Notes: a model not told the origin generated them from the letters alone. A DNA stretch of 64,000 nt from an uncultured Clostridia bacterium (GCA_934486735.1 CAKSQL010000005.1:22644-86643); one strand, 5' to 3'. Counted from the first letter of the stretch, positions 19,106-28,850 are shown. Made by a program: numbers and translations.

Positions 19106-20005
19106 TCATCCTTTGACGCCGCCTATATTGATCCCTCCTACTATCTGCTTTTGGAATAATGCAAAAATAAGCATCTGCGGCAGTACCGAGAAGAATACCG
19201 CCAGGAGCTGATAGTCCTGGGTGAAGTTTCCGCTTTTCATGTTAAAGAGCTTTATGCCGACAACCTCTTTGGCTTTGTCATTCACAAGAAGATAGGGCCA
19301 GAAGAAGTTTCCGAACTGCCCGTTAAAGGTAAAGAGGGAAACGGTTGTGATAACGGGCACGCTTAGGGGGATCACTATGCGGAAAAATATGTCGAGCGAG
19401 CTTGCTCCGTCAATTTTTGCCGCCTCGATGAGCGAATTTGAGATTGCGTCGAACGAGGTTTTGAAAAGCAGGATATTGAACATATTAACCGCCGCCATCA
19501 TCCAAATCGGCCAGAAGGTGTTTATAAGACTGAAGTGCAGGTAAGGAAAGCTTTGGAAGGTCATGTAGTTAGGCACCATCGAAACAGTTCCCGGTATCAT
19601 CATCAGCGTTGTTACAAGCGCAAAATAGAATTTGCTCCCTTTTGGCTTGAGCCGCGACAGGACATAGCCTGCAAGTCCGTTCACAACCACATCCGCAACA
19701 ACCGCTCCGAGCGACATTATGATTGTATTTAAATAACATTGGTAGAATTTCATTTGATTCCACACAAGTCCGAGCTTTGAAAGCTTAATCTGCTTTGGGA
19801 AAAAGCTTGTATGCTTTGATATCAGCTCTGCCGGCTCTTTAAAGCCGGACAGCATCATCCAGAGTACCGGTAGAAGAACGCAGAGACCGCATATCACCAT
19901 GAAAAGCACCAGGCACGCATAGAGTATGCGATATTTCAAGTGCTTCATATCGCTGCTGCACAGGATTCCGTAGTTCATCTGTGCAAATCGAGATTCTCTT
20001 TTCAT
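19106..20005 (-). CDS. Carbohydrate ABC transporter permease (MalG-like)
   Basis: Six predicted TM segments and the EAA loop IEAAKIDGASSLDIFFRIVIP. A strong SD (GGGGGAGGGA) lies 5 nt before ATG 20005. Confidence 0.85.
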   Translation of the reverse strand: MKRESRFAQMNYGILCSSDMKHLKYRILYACLVLFMVICGLCVLLPVLWMMLSGFKEPAELISKHTSFFPKQIKLSKLGLVWNQMKFYQCYLNTIIMSLGAVVADVVVNGLAGYVLSRLKPKGSKFYFALVTTLMMIPGTVSMVPNYMTFQSFPYLHFSLINTFWPIWMMAAVNMFNILLFKTSFDAISNSLIEAAKIDGASSLDIFFRIVIPLSVPVITTVSLFTFNGQFGNFFWPYLLVNDKAKEVVGIKLFNMKSGNFTQDYQLLAVFFSVLPQMLIFALFQKQIVGGINIGGVKG

Positions 20006-20019
20006 TTTCGTCCCTCCCC

Positions 20020-20922
20020 CTACATCTGATTTTCTTCAATGCGTTTATTTACTGCAAAGTATATCACGCTGAACAGTGACAGAATTATAAGCATGATAAC
20101 ACCGAGTGCCAATGTGAACTGCGGCTTGTAATTCACGAACGCATAGTGATAGTTCAAAAGTCCGAGCGACATTGACGCGTTGTTCGGTCCGCCGCCGGTC
20201 ATCTGCATAGGCTGATCGACTATGTTGAACACCGCGATACATTGCTTGATTGCAAAGAGTATCAACATTCCGGACATCTGCGGAATCGTCACGACTCTTA
20301 TTCTGCGGAAAAATCCCGCACCGTCCATCATCGCCGCCTCGTAAAGCTCGCGGTTTATCCCCTGCAGACCGGCAAAGTAGTAAAGCGCGGTTCCGCCGGC
20401 TCCCGACCATGTCATACTTATTATAATGTAGAGAATTGTGAAGCGGCTGTCCTGGAGCCACACGTAAGGCTCACGTCCGAATTTTGCGAGCAGCATATTC
20501 AAAAGTCCGCTTGCGTCGGGGTAGTACATGTAGTACCAAAGCATCGACACCGCCACAGCAGGCATTATCGCCGGCAGGTAGGTGATTACGCGCACTGTTT
20601 TGCGTGCGCGTATCAGCTCGTTCATCACAATCGCAATCACAAACGGGAGCGCCAAACCGACCACAAGCGACCAAAACACATAAATCCAAGTGTTCAGAAA
20701 GGTCTGAGCAAAAGCCGTATCGGTGACTACTCTCCTGTAATTGTCAAATCCGACAAAATCCTTGATGGCGAATCCTTTCATATCAAAGAACGACCAAAAT
20801 ATCCCAAGCACCTGCGGTCTTATCGTCAAAAGATATGTAAGGAACGCGGACGGGATGAGCAGCATCCACGCCCCGGCGTCCTTTTTTAAGGAAAATGTCT
20901 TATTTTGTTTATTTTTTGCCAT
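20020..20922 (-). CDS. Carbohydrate ABC transporter permease (MalF-like)
   Basis: EAA loop YEAAMMDGAGFFRRIRVVTIPQM. I preferred the start at MAKNKQ (ATG 20922, SD GAGGGTGGA). The ORF-track start at 20952 is the alternative. Confidence 0.85.
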   Translation of the reverse strand: MAKNKQNKTFSLKKDAGAWMLLIPSAFLTYLLTIRPQVLGIFWSFFDMKGFAIKDFVGFDNYRRVVTDTAFAQTFLNTWIYVFWSLVVGLALPFVIAIVMNELIRARKTVRVITYLPAIMPAVAVSMLWYYMYYPDASGLLNMLLAKFGREPYVWLQDSRFTILYIIISMTWSGAGGTALYYFAGLQGINRELYEAAMMDGAGFFRRIRVVTIPQMSGMLILFAIKQCIAVFNIVDQPMQMTGGGPNNASMSLGLLNYHYAFVNYKPQFTLALGVIMLIILSLFSVIYFAVNKRIEENQM

Positions 20923-20948
20923 ATTTTCCACCCTCATCGGTTTTATTG

Positions 20949-22361
20949 TCATTCTGCGTAGTCAAGATTGTTTTTCTGGAAGTCTGCCGCTCCCTTTTTA
21001 ACAAGCTCCCCGATATTTGCGTCCTTGTTATTGAGAACCTCCTGGACAATGTTGTCAATCACAGCGTAGAGTGCCTGTCCGTCGATAGGTTCTTCCGCCT
21101 GGAATTCCATATCGTCCTTATTGTTAAAATCTGCAAAGTATTTTTCATTTACAGTCATAAATTCCTTTGAAAGCTCGTGCTTGTAGTTTTCGACCTCACT
21201 GTCCGACTTCCACGGAGAAACCGAGAGGATTCCGACAAGCTCGTTGTTTACTTTTTGAGTTTCATATTTCTTGCGGAGCGATTCTCTTTTCGCGTCGTCA
21301 AGCTTTGTTGTAACGCCCAAAAATTCTTCCCAATCCATTGCAGCCTTAATCTGCTCCTTGCTTGCGTTACGGTCTATAATTCTCACACCGCCGCCCATCA
21401 GGGTTACGCGGCGCTTATCGCCTGCCGGCATTTTCAAAAAGCCTATATTTTTAACATCCATGCCATAAGTTTTGACAGCATTTTTTGCCGAATTTGCTTC
21501 CGCAAAGCACATTGCAACGCTGCCTGCCGCAAGCTGCTTATACGGCTCATCCAGCTCTACCAATGTTTTTGCCGGCAGAACGTCGTATTTCCATTTCAAA
21601 TCGGATATGTATTGTATTGTCTTTACGAACTCGGGCGAATCAAAGGTTGCTTTCCACTTTCCGCCCTCTTTTGTTTCGAATGTAACGCCGTTGCTCCATG
21701 CAATCGGTGTCACTCTCCAGCCGCCGCAGTTGCCCGTTGTCGGAATCATAAATCCGTCCGCACCGGTCTTTTCCTTAATCGTCTTTGCCACTCTTGCAAG
21801 GTCGTCCCAGTCGGTCGGCTGATAAAGCGTTCCGTCATCGTTTACAAAACCTGCATCGCCGTATAACTTTACATTGACCGCAATACCAACATCGTAGTTA
21901 CCATCTGGCAGGAAATATATCTTTCCCTGGTCGTCCGAAATAAGCTCCATCATATAAGAATTGACCTCATCGTAAAAGCCGCGCTCTTTAAATTCATCGG
22001 TAAGGTCTGCCGCATATCCCATTTCGATAATCTTCTTTGTCTCGGTCAGCGGTGCATAATATATAGTAGGAAGTGTGCCTGCCTCCGCCTTTGCCATGTA
22101 GCTCTGTACATCAAAGCCCCAGTTTGCATTTTCGATTTTTATATTGGGATGCAGTTTTTCAAACTCCGCAACCTGTTCCATATTTTTTGCATATGCATCC
22201 GGGTTCGCCGTCTCATCCGCAAAATAATCCCCGACCGTAATAACGATTTTTCCGTCCGCGTCGGCTGAGCTTTTTTTCGAATCGCCGCAGCCGCTCATCA
22301 CACCGGCAGCCATTGCGAGACTCATACCCATTGCTGCCGCTCTCATAATTTGTTTTTTCAT
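20949..22361 (-). CDS. ABC transporter extracellular solute-binding lipoprotein (family 1 sugar SBP)
   Basis: Lipobox AAGVMSGC followed by GDSKKSS, and typical SBP length and composition. ATG 22361 lies 7 nt after a GGAGG SD. Confidence 0.85.
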   Translation of the reverse strand: MKKQIMRAAAMGMSLAMAAGVMSGCGDSKKSSADADGKIVITVGDYFADETANPDAYAKNMEQVAEFEKLHPNIKIENANWGFDVQSYMAKAEAGTLPTIYYAPLTETKKIIEMGYAADLTDEFKERGFYDEVNSYMMELISDDQGKIYFLPDGNYDVGIAVNVKLYGDAGFVNDDGTLYQPTDWDDLARVAKTIKEKTGADGFMIPTTGNCGGWRVTPIAWSNGVTFETKEGGKWKATFDSPEFVKTIQYISDLKWKYDVLPAKTLVELDEPYKQLAAGSVAMCFAEANSAKNAVKTYGMDVKNIGFLKMPAGDKRRVTLMGGGVRIIDRNASKEQIKAAMDWEEFLGVTTKLDDAKRESLRKKYETQKVNNELVGILSVSPWKSDSEVENYKHELSKEFMTVNEKYFADFNNKDDMEFQAEEPIDGQALYAVIDNIVQEVLNNKDANIGELVKKGAADFQKNNLDYAE

Positions 22362-22831
22362 AATCAAACCTCCGTATTTTTATTTGTAGGAATTTATGCA
22401 TGAACACAATTACAAAAATCAAAAAACGCCGCCTTATTCTCACACCCTCGGGCGGAGCTGTATCGAAATTTTTCTTATTTCGGCATTGCTTTCACGCTTA
22501 TCCTTATGCATTTATTGTACCATTCCTTACCCCTCCCCGCAAGTAACAGCTTTTCGTTTTTATCTCATTTCTTCGCGAAAATCGGCTTGTGATACCACTT
22601 TTGGTGTCGTTTTTCGCAATGTTCCACTTTTCGCCCCGATTTTTTTGAGCTTGATATCACCTCTCAAAATTTCTAAGCTCTCGCTTTTTCGCTTTCGCCC
22701 AAAATCATTACTCTTATTTTAGTAAATATATTCAATTTTTTCATTCTATCACAAATAAGACTTGAAAAATTAATACTTTTATTATAAAATAATTATATAA
22801 ATTTTAAGAAGAAAGGAAAATTGTCTCAGCC

Positions 22832-25102
22832 ATGCGAAAAAAATCAAACAAAACTCCCCGGGAATCATCCGGTGCATTCCGAAAGATGGCGATTGTCATT
22901 TTTGCCCCGGCTGCCATTTTGTTGGTTCTCGTTTTAATACTTACCGGAATCAACTATTATTCAATAAACATTTCGACAAAAAAATCATCGCACCAGGTTG
23001 TGAAAAGCTTTTTTCAATACAACGAGGCACTGATTCAGAATTTTGCTTCGGCGCTGCTGATTTTGGACGACGATTCCGAGCTTATGCAGGCGCTGATTTC
23101 GACCGACTACAACTACGACCCGGAGAATTTTAAAAAGAGCTGCGATGAAATACGCGAGTCCTTTTCTTTTGCGCAGGAAATATATGTACTCAACAAAACA
23201 CGCGATTCGGTTTACACCGACTACGGACGTTTCGGAATCAATACATATTTTCAGAACGAATGTGTATATGACGATTTTAACACGGTGTATTTCCGCGATT
23301 TCCGCTTTTACACCACCGAGCGCTACCGCATTCTGCTCCCCACCGGGGTGGTCAAAAACGGAGAAAGAACTCAGGTTCTGCCGGTTATAGTCCGCAGAAT
23401 GGGCGATTTTCCGCAGAAAAACCTGCTTATTGTAAATATAAATCTGCAAAAGCTTTTTGTTGCCGCGCTCGGGCAGTTCGAAATGTACGACATGCCGGTC
23501 TACATCTACAACAAATACATGAATGATATTTACGAGATAACCCAATCGGGACAAAGCTTTGATTTTTCGTCCGATTTTACCGATTCGCTTTTTCATAACG
23601 ACAACGATACCTTTTCGTTCCGATTCGGCAGAAAGAATTACCTGATATCGGCATATTCCTCGAGTAATTCCATACTCGGCTATATCTTTTTCTCGGTCAT
23701 GCCGGAGAGCATAATATTGCACAAAACGCTGCCGATCATCCTGCTTTTGGCAGGCATAATCCTGTTTTTCACCGCGGTTATGTTCCTGCTGCTCTTGCAT
23801 AGCACAAGCAGCATTGTAACTCCGCTTGAAAATATTCTGGCAGGGCTTTCGCTAAACGGCTCGCACCTCAGCCAGAACATAATCGATGATATAGGCAAGG
23901 TCACAATGAAAATGTATGCCGAGAGCAAGGACTTGTCACTTGTCTACCCATCCGCACAAAAGCAGTTTCTGCTCGGGCTGATGACTTCGACCGAGTATGC
24001 CTTAGACGACAGCGCCGCGAAAACTATCTTAAATTCACTCGACTTTCCGTACGGCATATTTGCAATCGTTATCATTCGCCTTATACCCTCATCGGGATTT
24101 TTCGATGTGTTTAACTCCAATGACTACAAAATAATACGAAAGGGCTTTTTCAATCTGGTGGAAAGTCTGTTCAAGGAGCATTTCCGCTGCTCGGTAATCC
24201 CGGAGAAAAACACTCAGCTGTACATCGTGCTGAATTTCCAAATCCCCTCCGATTATCGCTTTGCCGACGGAGTTTTGGCAGATCTGTACTGTGACCTGAG
24301 GCAGGACAAGGACTATGTGACGCTTTCGATGGGCAAAAGCGAATGCTGCGACTCGCTCTCCGACCTGCACCGCGCATATAACGAAGCGTTCGAGAACATG
24401 ACAGAATACGACCTCAGCGGGAATCAGATTGTCTCCTCGGTTCATATCACAAGCGACATATCTTTTTCATCAAAGGACGAAAACAACCTCTTTTTAGCGC
24501 TCATTTCCTTTGACCGCCACGAGGCAATCGCTGTGTTTGAAAAGATACTTGCCGATAATGCTGCTCTGCCGCCGAGAATGCAGAAACGGCTTTATAACTA
24601 CATATTAAATATACTTTTAAAGGTAATACATATGAAACAAATTCCGCTTGACTCAAACAAGCTTGATTTTGAGATTTTGAACGATTATCTGAACCAGCCG
24701 CCGCAGGATATCAAAAAGGCGATATATGAGCTGATTAATCACATTTCGGATTTCGGTGCGGAGAAAAAGGCAAACGCGATTGATTATGACGAGATTATCC
24801 AATACGTTTCGGAAAATTATCACATGCCGGAGCTTTCGCTTAAATATCTATCGGATAGGTTCTTTGTGAATCAAAATAACCTCTCGACCGCGCTGAAAAA
24901 TAAGCTCGGCGTGGGTTTTCATGAGTATATCACGCGGCTGAGAGTGGAAAAGGCGAAGGAGCTTTTAACCTCCACCTCGAAAAATATAAATGAGATTATC
25001 AACCTTTGCGGCTTTACCAGCGCACAGACCTTCTACCGCGTGTTTAAAGAAAGCACCGGCATGTCCGCAGGCGAGTTCAGAAAATCGGCAAAGGATGGAT
25101 GA
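22832..25102 (+). CDS. Membrane-bound AraC-family one-component regulator (two TM segments flanking an extracytoplasmic sensor domain, C-terminal HTH_AraC)
   Basis: TM1 is MAIVIFAPAAILLVLVLILTG and TM2 is LPIILLLAGIILFFTAVMFLLLL. The C-terminus is an AraC-type double HTH: LSTALKNKLGVGFHEYITRLRVEKAKELL...INLCGFTSAQTFYRVFKESTGMSAGEFRK. It is divergent from the ABC/secreted-protein operon. Confidence 0.8.
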   Translation: MRKKSNKTPRESSGAFRKMAIVIFAPAAILLVLVLILTGINYYSINISTKKSSHQVVKSFFQYNEALIQNFASALLILDDDSELMQALISTDYNYDPENFKKSCDEIRESFSFAQEIYVLNKTRDSVYTDYGRFGINTYFQNECVYDDFNTVYFRDFRFYTTERYRILLPTGVVKNGERTQVLPVIVRRMGDFPQKNLLIVNINLQKLFVAALGQFEMYDMPVYIYNKYMNDIYEITQSGQSFDFSSDFTDSLFHNDNDTFSFRFGRKNYLISAYSSSNSILGYIFFSVMPESIILHKTLPIILLLAGIILFFTAVMFLLLLHSTSSIVTPLENILAGLSLNGSHLSQNIIDDIGKVTMKMYAESKDLSLVYPSAQKQFLLGLMTSTEYALDDSAAKTILNSLDFPYGIFAIVIIRLIPSSGFFDVFNSNDYKIIRKGFFNLVESLFKEHFRCSVIPEKNTQLYIVLNFQIPSDYRFADGVLADLYCDLRQDKDYVTLSMGKSECCDSLSDLHRAYNEAFENMTEYDLSGNQIVSSVHITSDISFSSKDENNLFLALISFDRHEAIAVFEKILADNAALPPRMQKRLYNYILNILLKVIHMKQIPLDSNKLDFEILNDYLNQPPQDIKKAIYELINHISDFGAEKKANAIDYDEIIQYVSENYHMPELSLKYLSDRFFVNQNNLSTALKNKLGVGFHEYITRLRVEKAKELLTSTSKNINEIINLCGFTSAQTFYRVFKESTGMSAGEFRKSAKDG

Positions 25103-25112
25103 GATAATAAAA

Positions 25113-25144
25113 AAGGGGCTGCGCCTTTTTTGCAGTCCCTTTTG
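25113..25144. terminator. Bidirectional intrinsic terminator between convergent genes
   Basis: Stem AAGGGGCTGC/GCAGTCCCTT (one wobble) with T/A runs on both sides. Confidence 0.6.
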
Positions 25145-25298
25145 GATATTTTGGCGGGTGTGCATTCCTTTTGACCTACCGGGTGCGCAGCAGCACAATC
25201 TCTACTTCAAAATACCATTATCTATTATTTTATATATCTATTATATCACTTTTTCCGAAACTGTCAATAATATTCCGAAGTGTAAAAATCAAACACAT

Positions 25299-26393
25299 TT
25301 ATTTAATTCCACATTCTTTCCATATTATTTTATCCGTCTTTGTGATTCGCATTGAGCAATAGAACGAATCTCCGTTCTTTTCTTCCACGCACCAATATGC
25401 GCACAATATTCCGCCGTCCCTCGTCTCAAACAGCGCAGGATAGCAAAAATCCGCTCCTTTCGCGGTTTCAATCGGGTACAATTCACCCCATGTGCGTCCG
25501 TTATCAACGGAACGTCTCAGCACAAGCGGAGTGCGTCCCGACCAAAGATTATCCGGAGAGCGCATATCATGCAAAAGCATATCACGCCCATCGAATACAG
25601 GAATCGGGTTATATGCCGCAACAAGTGAATTATCCGACATGCGCTTGACCGCAATCGGACTCAGCGGTGAGGAAAATACCGACGGTTCTGCCGGAGTAAA
25701 ACTCCTGAGTCCGTCAAATGAAAATGACTGATACTGGAATCCGTATGCCGTCCGCGCCAGAATCCAAATAAGATTTTCGGACAGTTCTATTATGGCAGGC
25801 TCTTGAAGACCGATATTCTTTGAATTGCTGTAGGGCAGCGAAAGAGTGGTCTCTGTACAATGAAATTCCGCACCGTCATCATCGGAAACAAGCGCGACAA
25901 CATATCCCTTATCAGTTCTTTTTGAAAACTCCGACTGCGATGCCACCGTTGCGATACGCCCGTCGGACAGGCGGATAAATCGGTCATTTTCAATCACATA
26001 ATAATCCTTTGGCATATTGCATATGCACCTTTCGGCACAAAATGAAATTCCGTCCGAGGAAACAGTGCGCCCGATTGTTGAACTGCCGTCCTTTTCCTTT
26101 ATGAGAAAGAACACGCAAAGTCTGCCGTCTTTAAGTTTCACAAAAGATGCATCCATAATATTATCAACATCAAAATCCCGTGCGCGTGCTATCAGTTCAT
26201 AATCCGACCATGTTTCGCCCTCGTCATTCGAGCGAATCAGCGCAATATCGCACATGGCATCGTCATGCTTGCTGCCGCTCCATCGGCTGTAAGCATAGAG
26301 AATATCGCCGTTGTAATTTCTGAAAAAACACCCCTCGCTGTTTCGTGCATTTTCGGCTGTCGGCTTTATATCAAGTACAATTTTATTTTCCAT
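25299..26393 (-). CDS. Cytoplasmic BNR/Asp-box six-bladed beta-propeller, sialidase-like glycoside hydrolase
   Basis: The Asp boxes are SNDEGETWS, SSDGISF, SDDDGAEF and SVDNGRTWG. There is no signal peptide. The canonical sialidase RIP motif was not seen (FFRNYNG instead). Confidence 0.65.
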   Translation of the reverse strand: MENKIVLDIKPTAENARNSEGCFFRNYNGDILYAYSRWSGSKHDDAMCDIALIRSNDEGETWSDYELIARARDFDVDNIMDASFVKLKDGRLCVFFLIKEKDGSSTIGRTVSSDGISFCAERCICNMPKDYYVIENDRFIRLSDGRIATVASQSEFSKRTDKGYVVALVSDDDGAEFHCTETTLSLPYSNSKNIGLQEPAIIELSENLIWILARTAYGFQYQSFSFDGLRSFTPAEPSVFSSPLSPIAVKRMSDNSLVAAYNPIPVFDGRDMLLHDMRSPDNLWSGRTPLVLRRSVDNGRTWGELYPIETAKGADFCYPALFETRDGGILCAYWCVEEKNGDSFYCSMRITKTDKIIWKECGIK

Positions 26394-26591
26394 TTTTCAC
26401 GTCTCCCCGTTTTTTTACGGCATTATATCACAGCCGCACATAAAAGTCAACAGAATATTCGAAAAAGTCAACAGAGTACAAAAAGGCAGCAATATATTAA
26501 CACTTTTTCGATTTCAAAACAGCCACGGCGGCATAGCGCGAAATATCAAAATCAATATATCACATATAAATATTTGTGTCAAGGCGCAGAC

Positions 26592-26635
26592 AAAAAAGCG
26601 GGAGAGACGCGCATCACATTATGCAGCTCTCCCGC
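26592..26635 (-). terminator. Intrinsic terminator downstream of the ABC exporter pair and MITE copy A
   Basis: Stem GCGGGAGAG/CTCTCCCGC (9 bp, 20-nt loop), followed on the minus strand by TTTTTTG. Confidence 0.55.
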
Positions 26636-26839
26636 CTTTCGGTGGTATATATGATAAAAGGGTATATGATAGTACACAAAATCCGTTCCTGTGCACTACA
26701 TAGTTAATTATTTACCGAAATATCGGATAATATACACAAAAATATTAAATTTTCTTCCGCAAAAGACCGAGCTTTGCGATGCGCAATTTTGTTCAAACTT
26801 TTACCCGCAAAAGCCGCTGCACCTCGCCGAGCGCCGGAT

Positions 26840-27113
26840 AGCCGAAAAAAAGTAATCCGAACTCCGATTTTGAGAGGTGAATTTCCGCTTTTACTGCGTT
26901 AAAATACTCGGCAATCCGCCAAGGATTACCTCCGTTTTTGCCTTGTAAAATCAAAAATTCACTCTCTCAAAATTCTACGACCTAAAAAGGACAGAATTTT
27001 GAGTAGATTTTGGTGCGGAGGATGCCGAAAGGCTGACGCCTTTCAAAGACGACAAGCCGAAATATGCCGAAATTATGCCTTTTTAGGCGGGTTCGGATTA
27101 CTTTTCTTCGGCT
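26840..27113 (+). repeat. MITE-like TIR element, copy A (long, internally rearranged)
   Basis: The termini are AGCCGAAAAAAAGTAATCCGAACTCCG ... CGGGTTCGGATTACTTTTCTTCGGCT, an inverted repeat of about 26 nt. The sequence aligns with copies B and C. Confidence 0.8.
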
Positions 27114-27134
27114 ATGTGCATGTGTTCCGGATTT

Positions 27135-28850
27135 TTAAGAATTATAAAGCTTCTTATAAAATCCGTCTTTTGCTATCAGCTCATCATGCGTACCCTGCTC
27201 CACGATTCTCCCCCGATCCATAACCAAAATCAAGTCAGATTCACGTATTGTCGAAAGCCGATGCGCTATCACAAACGCGGTTCGGTCCTTCATCATGGCA
27301 AGAAACGCTTTCTGAATACGTTTCTCGGTCAGAGTATCCACGCTCGATGTTGCCTCGTCCAATATCAATATATCCGGATCGGCGAGCATGGCGCGCGCAA
27401 TAGTCAGCAGCTGGCGCTGACCCTGCGAAAGGTTCTGTCCGTCCTCGGCAATCTGCGTGTCGTACCCGTTTTCAAGGCGCATTATAAAGCTGTGCGCATA
27501 TGCTTTTTTTGCCGCTTCGATAATTTCCTCGTCCGTCGCGTCCTTTTTTCCATACGCGATATTCTCTCTCACCGTCCCGGCGAACAGCCAGCTATCCTGC
27601 AAAACCATCGCGAAAGAAGTTCGGAGGCTGTCGCGAGTGACATCCGAAATGTTTTGTCCGTCCACCGAGATTTTTCCCGAATCGATATCGTAAAATCTCA
27701 TCAACAGATTTACTATCGTTGTTTTTCCGCTGCCGGTCGGTCCGACAATTGCCACATTTTCGCCTGCTTTTGCCGCAAAACTCAAATTTTTTATAAGTTC
27801 GGAATTTTTGTTATACGAAAAATCCACATCGGAAAACCCGACCTGTCCGCCGCGGCACTCAAGGTGCGGAAGTGCACTGTCGTCCGATTCGGGAGTTTTG
27901 TCCATAATCTCAAACAATCGTCCTGCCGACGCATTCGCCGCCTGGAGCTGCGTCAAAATGCCTGCCATGTCATTTATCGGGCGCGCAAACTGGGTTGCGT
28001 ATATCAAAAATGCCGAAACAGTGCCGACCGAAAGTCCGCCGCGCACCGCGATAAGTCCGCCGATGAGTCCCACCGCGATATATGCGATGTTATTTATATA
28101 CCGCGTTGTCGGATTCACAAGCGACGAGAAAAACTGTGCCCTTTGTCCATATTTATACAATCGGCTGTTGATTTCCTCAAATTTTTCCTGTGCCTCGTCC
28201 TCATATGAAAACGCCTTTATCACCTTTTGGCTGCCTATAGTTTCTTCAACATACCCGTTCAGCTCGCCGACGGTTTCGGACTGCCGTTTAAAGCTTTTTG
28301 CCGAATTTGTCGCTATCAGCTTTGAGACATAGACGCACAAAAGCGTGATTGCGACTATCGCAAGCGTTATAGGCACGCACCTTTCAAACATGATTACAAG
28401 CGTTCCGACAATAATAACCACGCCCGAAAAAAGCTGCGTAATGCCCTGCAAAATTCCCTCGGACACCGCATCGACATCGTTGGTGAGACGGCTCATTGTC
28501 TCGCCGTGCGGCGTTCCGTCAAAAAATGACAGCGGCAGCTTGGTTATATGAAAAAATATATCCTTTCGCAAAAGCTCGACGGTGCGGCAGGACAGCACAT
28601 TGGTGAAAAATGACTGAAACCATGTGAACACCGAGTTTGCAAGATATACCGCAATCAAAATCAAAAGAATTTTGAAAAGTCCGCCAAAATCCACATTGCC
28701 CTCTCCGACAATGCGGTCGATTCCGTAGCCGGATATCGTCGGCGCGGCGAGGGCAAGAATATTTGCCAAAACCGCCGTAACCGACAGCAGAATAAGGATG
28801 CCGCGGCTGCCGGCTATATAAGGCAGCAGCCTTTTGAGATTCTTTCTCAT
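27135..28850 (-). CDS. ABC exporter, fused permease/ATPase subunit (heterodimer partner 2)
   Basis: Six-TM N-terminal half. Walker A is GPTGSGKTT, the signature is LSQGQRQ and Walker B is ILILDEATS. The start is MRKNLKRLLPY at 28850, overlapping the upstream stop by 4 nt (ATGA). Confidence 0.9.
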   Translation of the reverse strand: MRKNLKRLLPYIAGSRGILILLSVTAVLANILALAAPTISGYGIDRIVGEGNVDFGGLFKILLILIAVYLANSVFTWFQSFFTNVLSCRTVELLRKDIFFHITKLPLSFFDGTPHGETMSRLTNDVDAVSEGILQGITQLFSGVVIIVGTLVIMFERCVPITLAIVAITLLCVYVSKLIATNSAKSFKRQSETVGELNGYVEETIGSQKVIKAFSYEDEAQEKFEEINSRLYKYGQRAQFFSSLVNPTTRYINNIAYIAVGLIGGLIAVRGGLSVGTVSAFLIYATQFARPINDMAGILTQLQAANASAGRLFEIMDKTPESDDSALPHLECRGGQVGFSDVDFSYNKNSELIKNLSFAAKAGENVAIVGPTGSGKTTIVNLLMRFYDIDSGKISVDGQNISDVTRDSLRTSFAMVLQDSWLFAGTVRENIAYGKKDATDEEIIEAAKKAYAHSFIMRLENGYDTQIAEDGQNLSQGQRQLLTIARAMLADPDILILDEATSSVDTLTEKRIQKAFLAMMKDRTAFVIAHRLSTIRESDLILVMDRGRIVEQGTHDELIAKDGFYKKLYNS

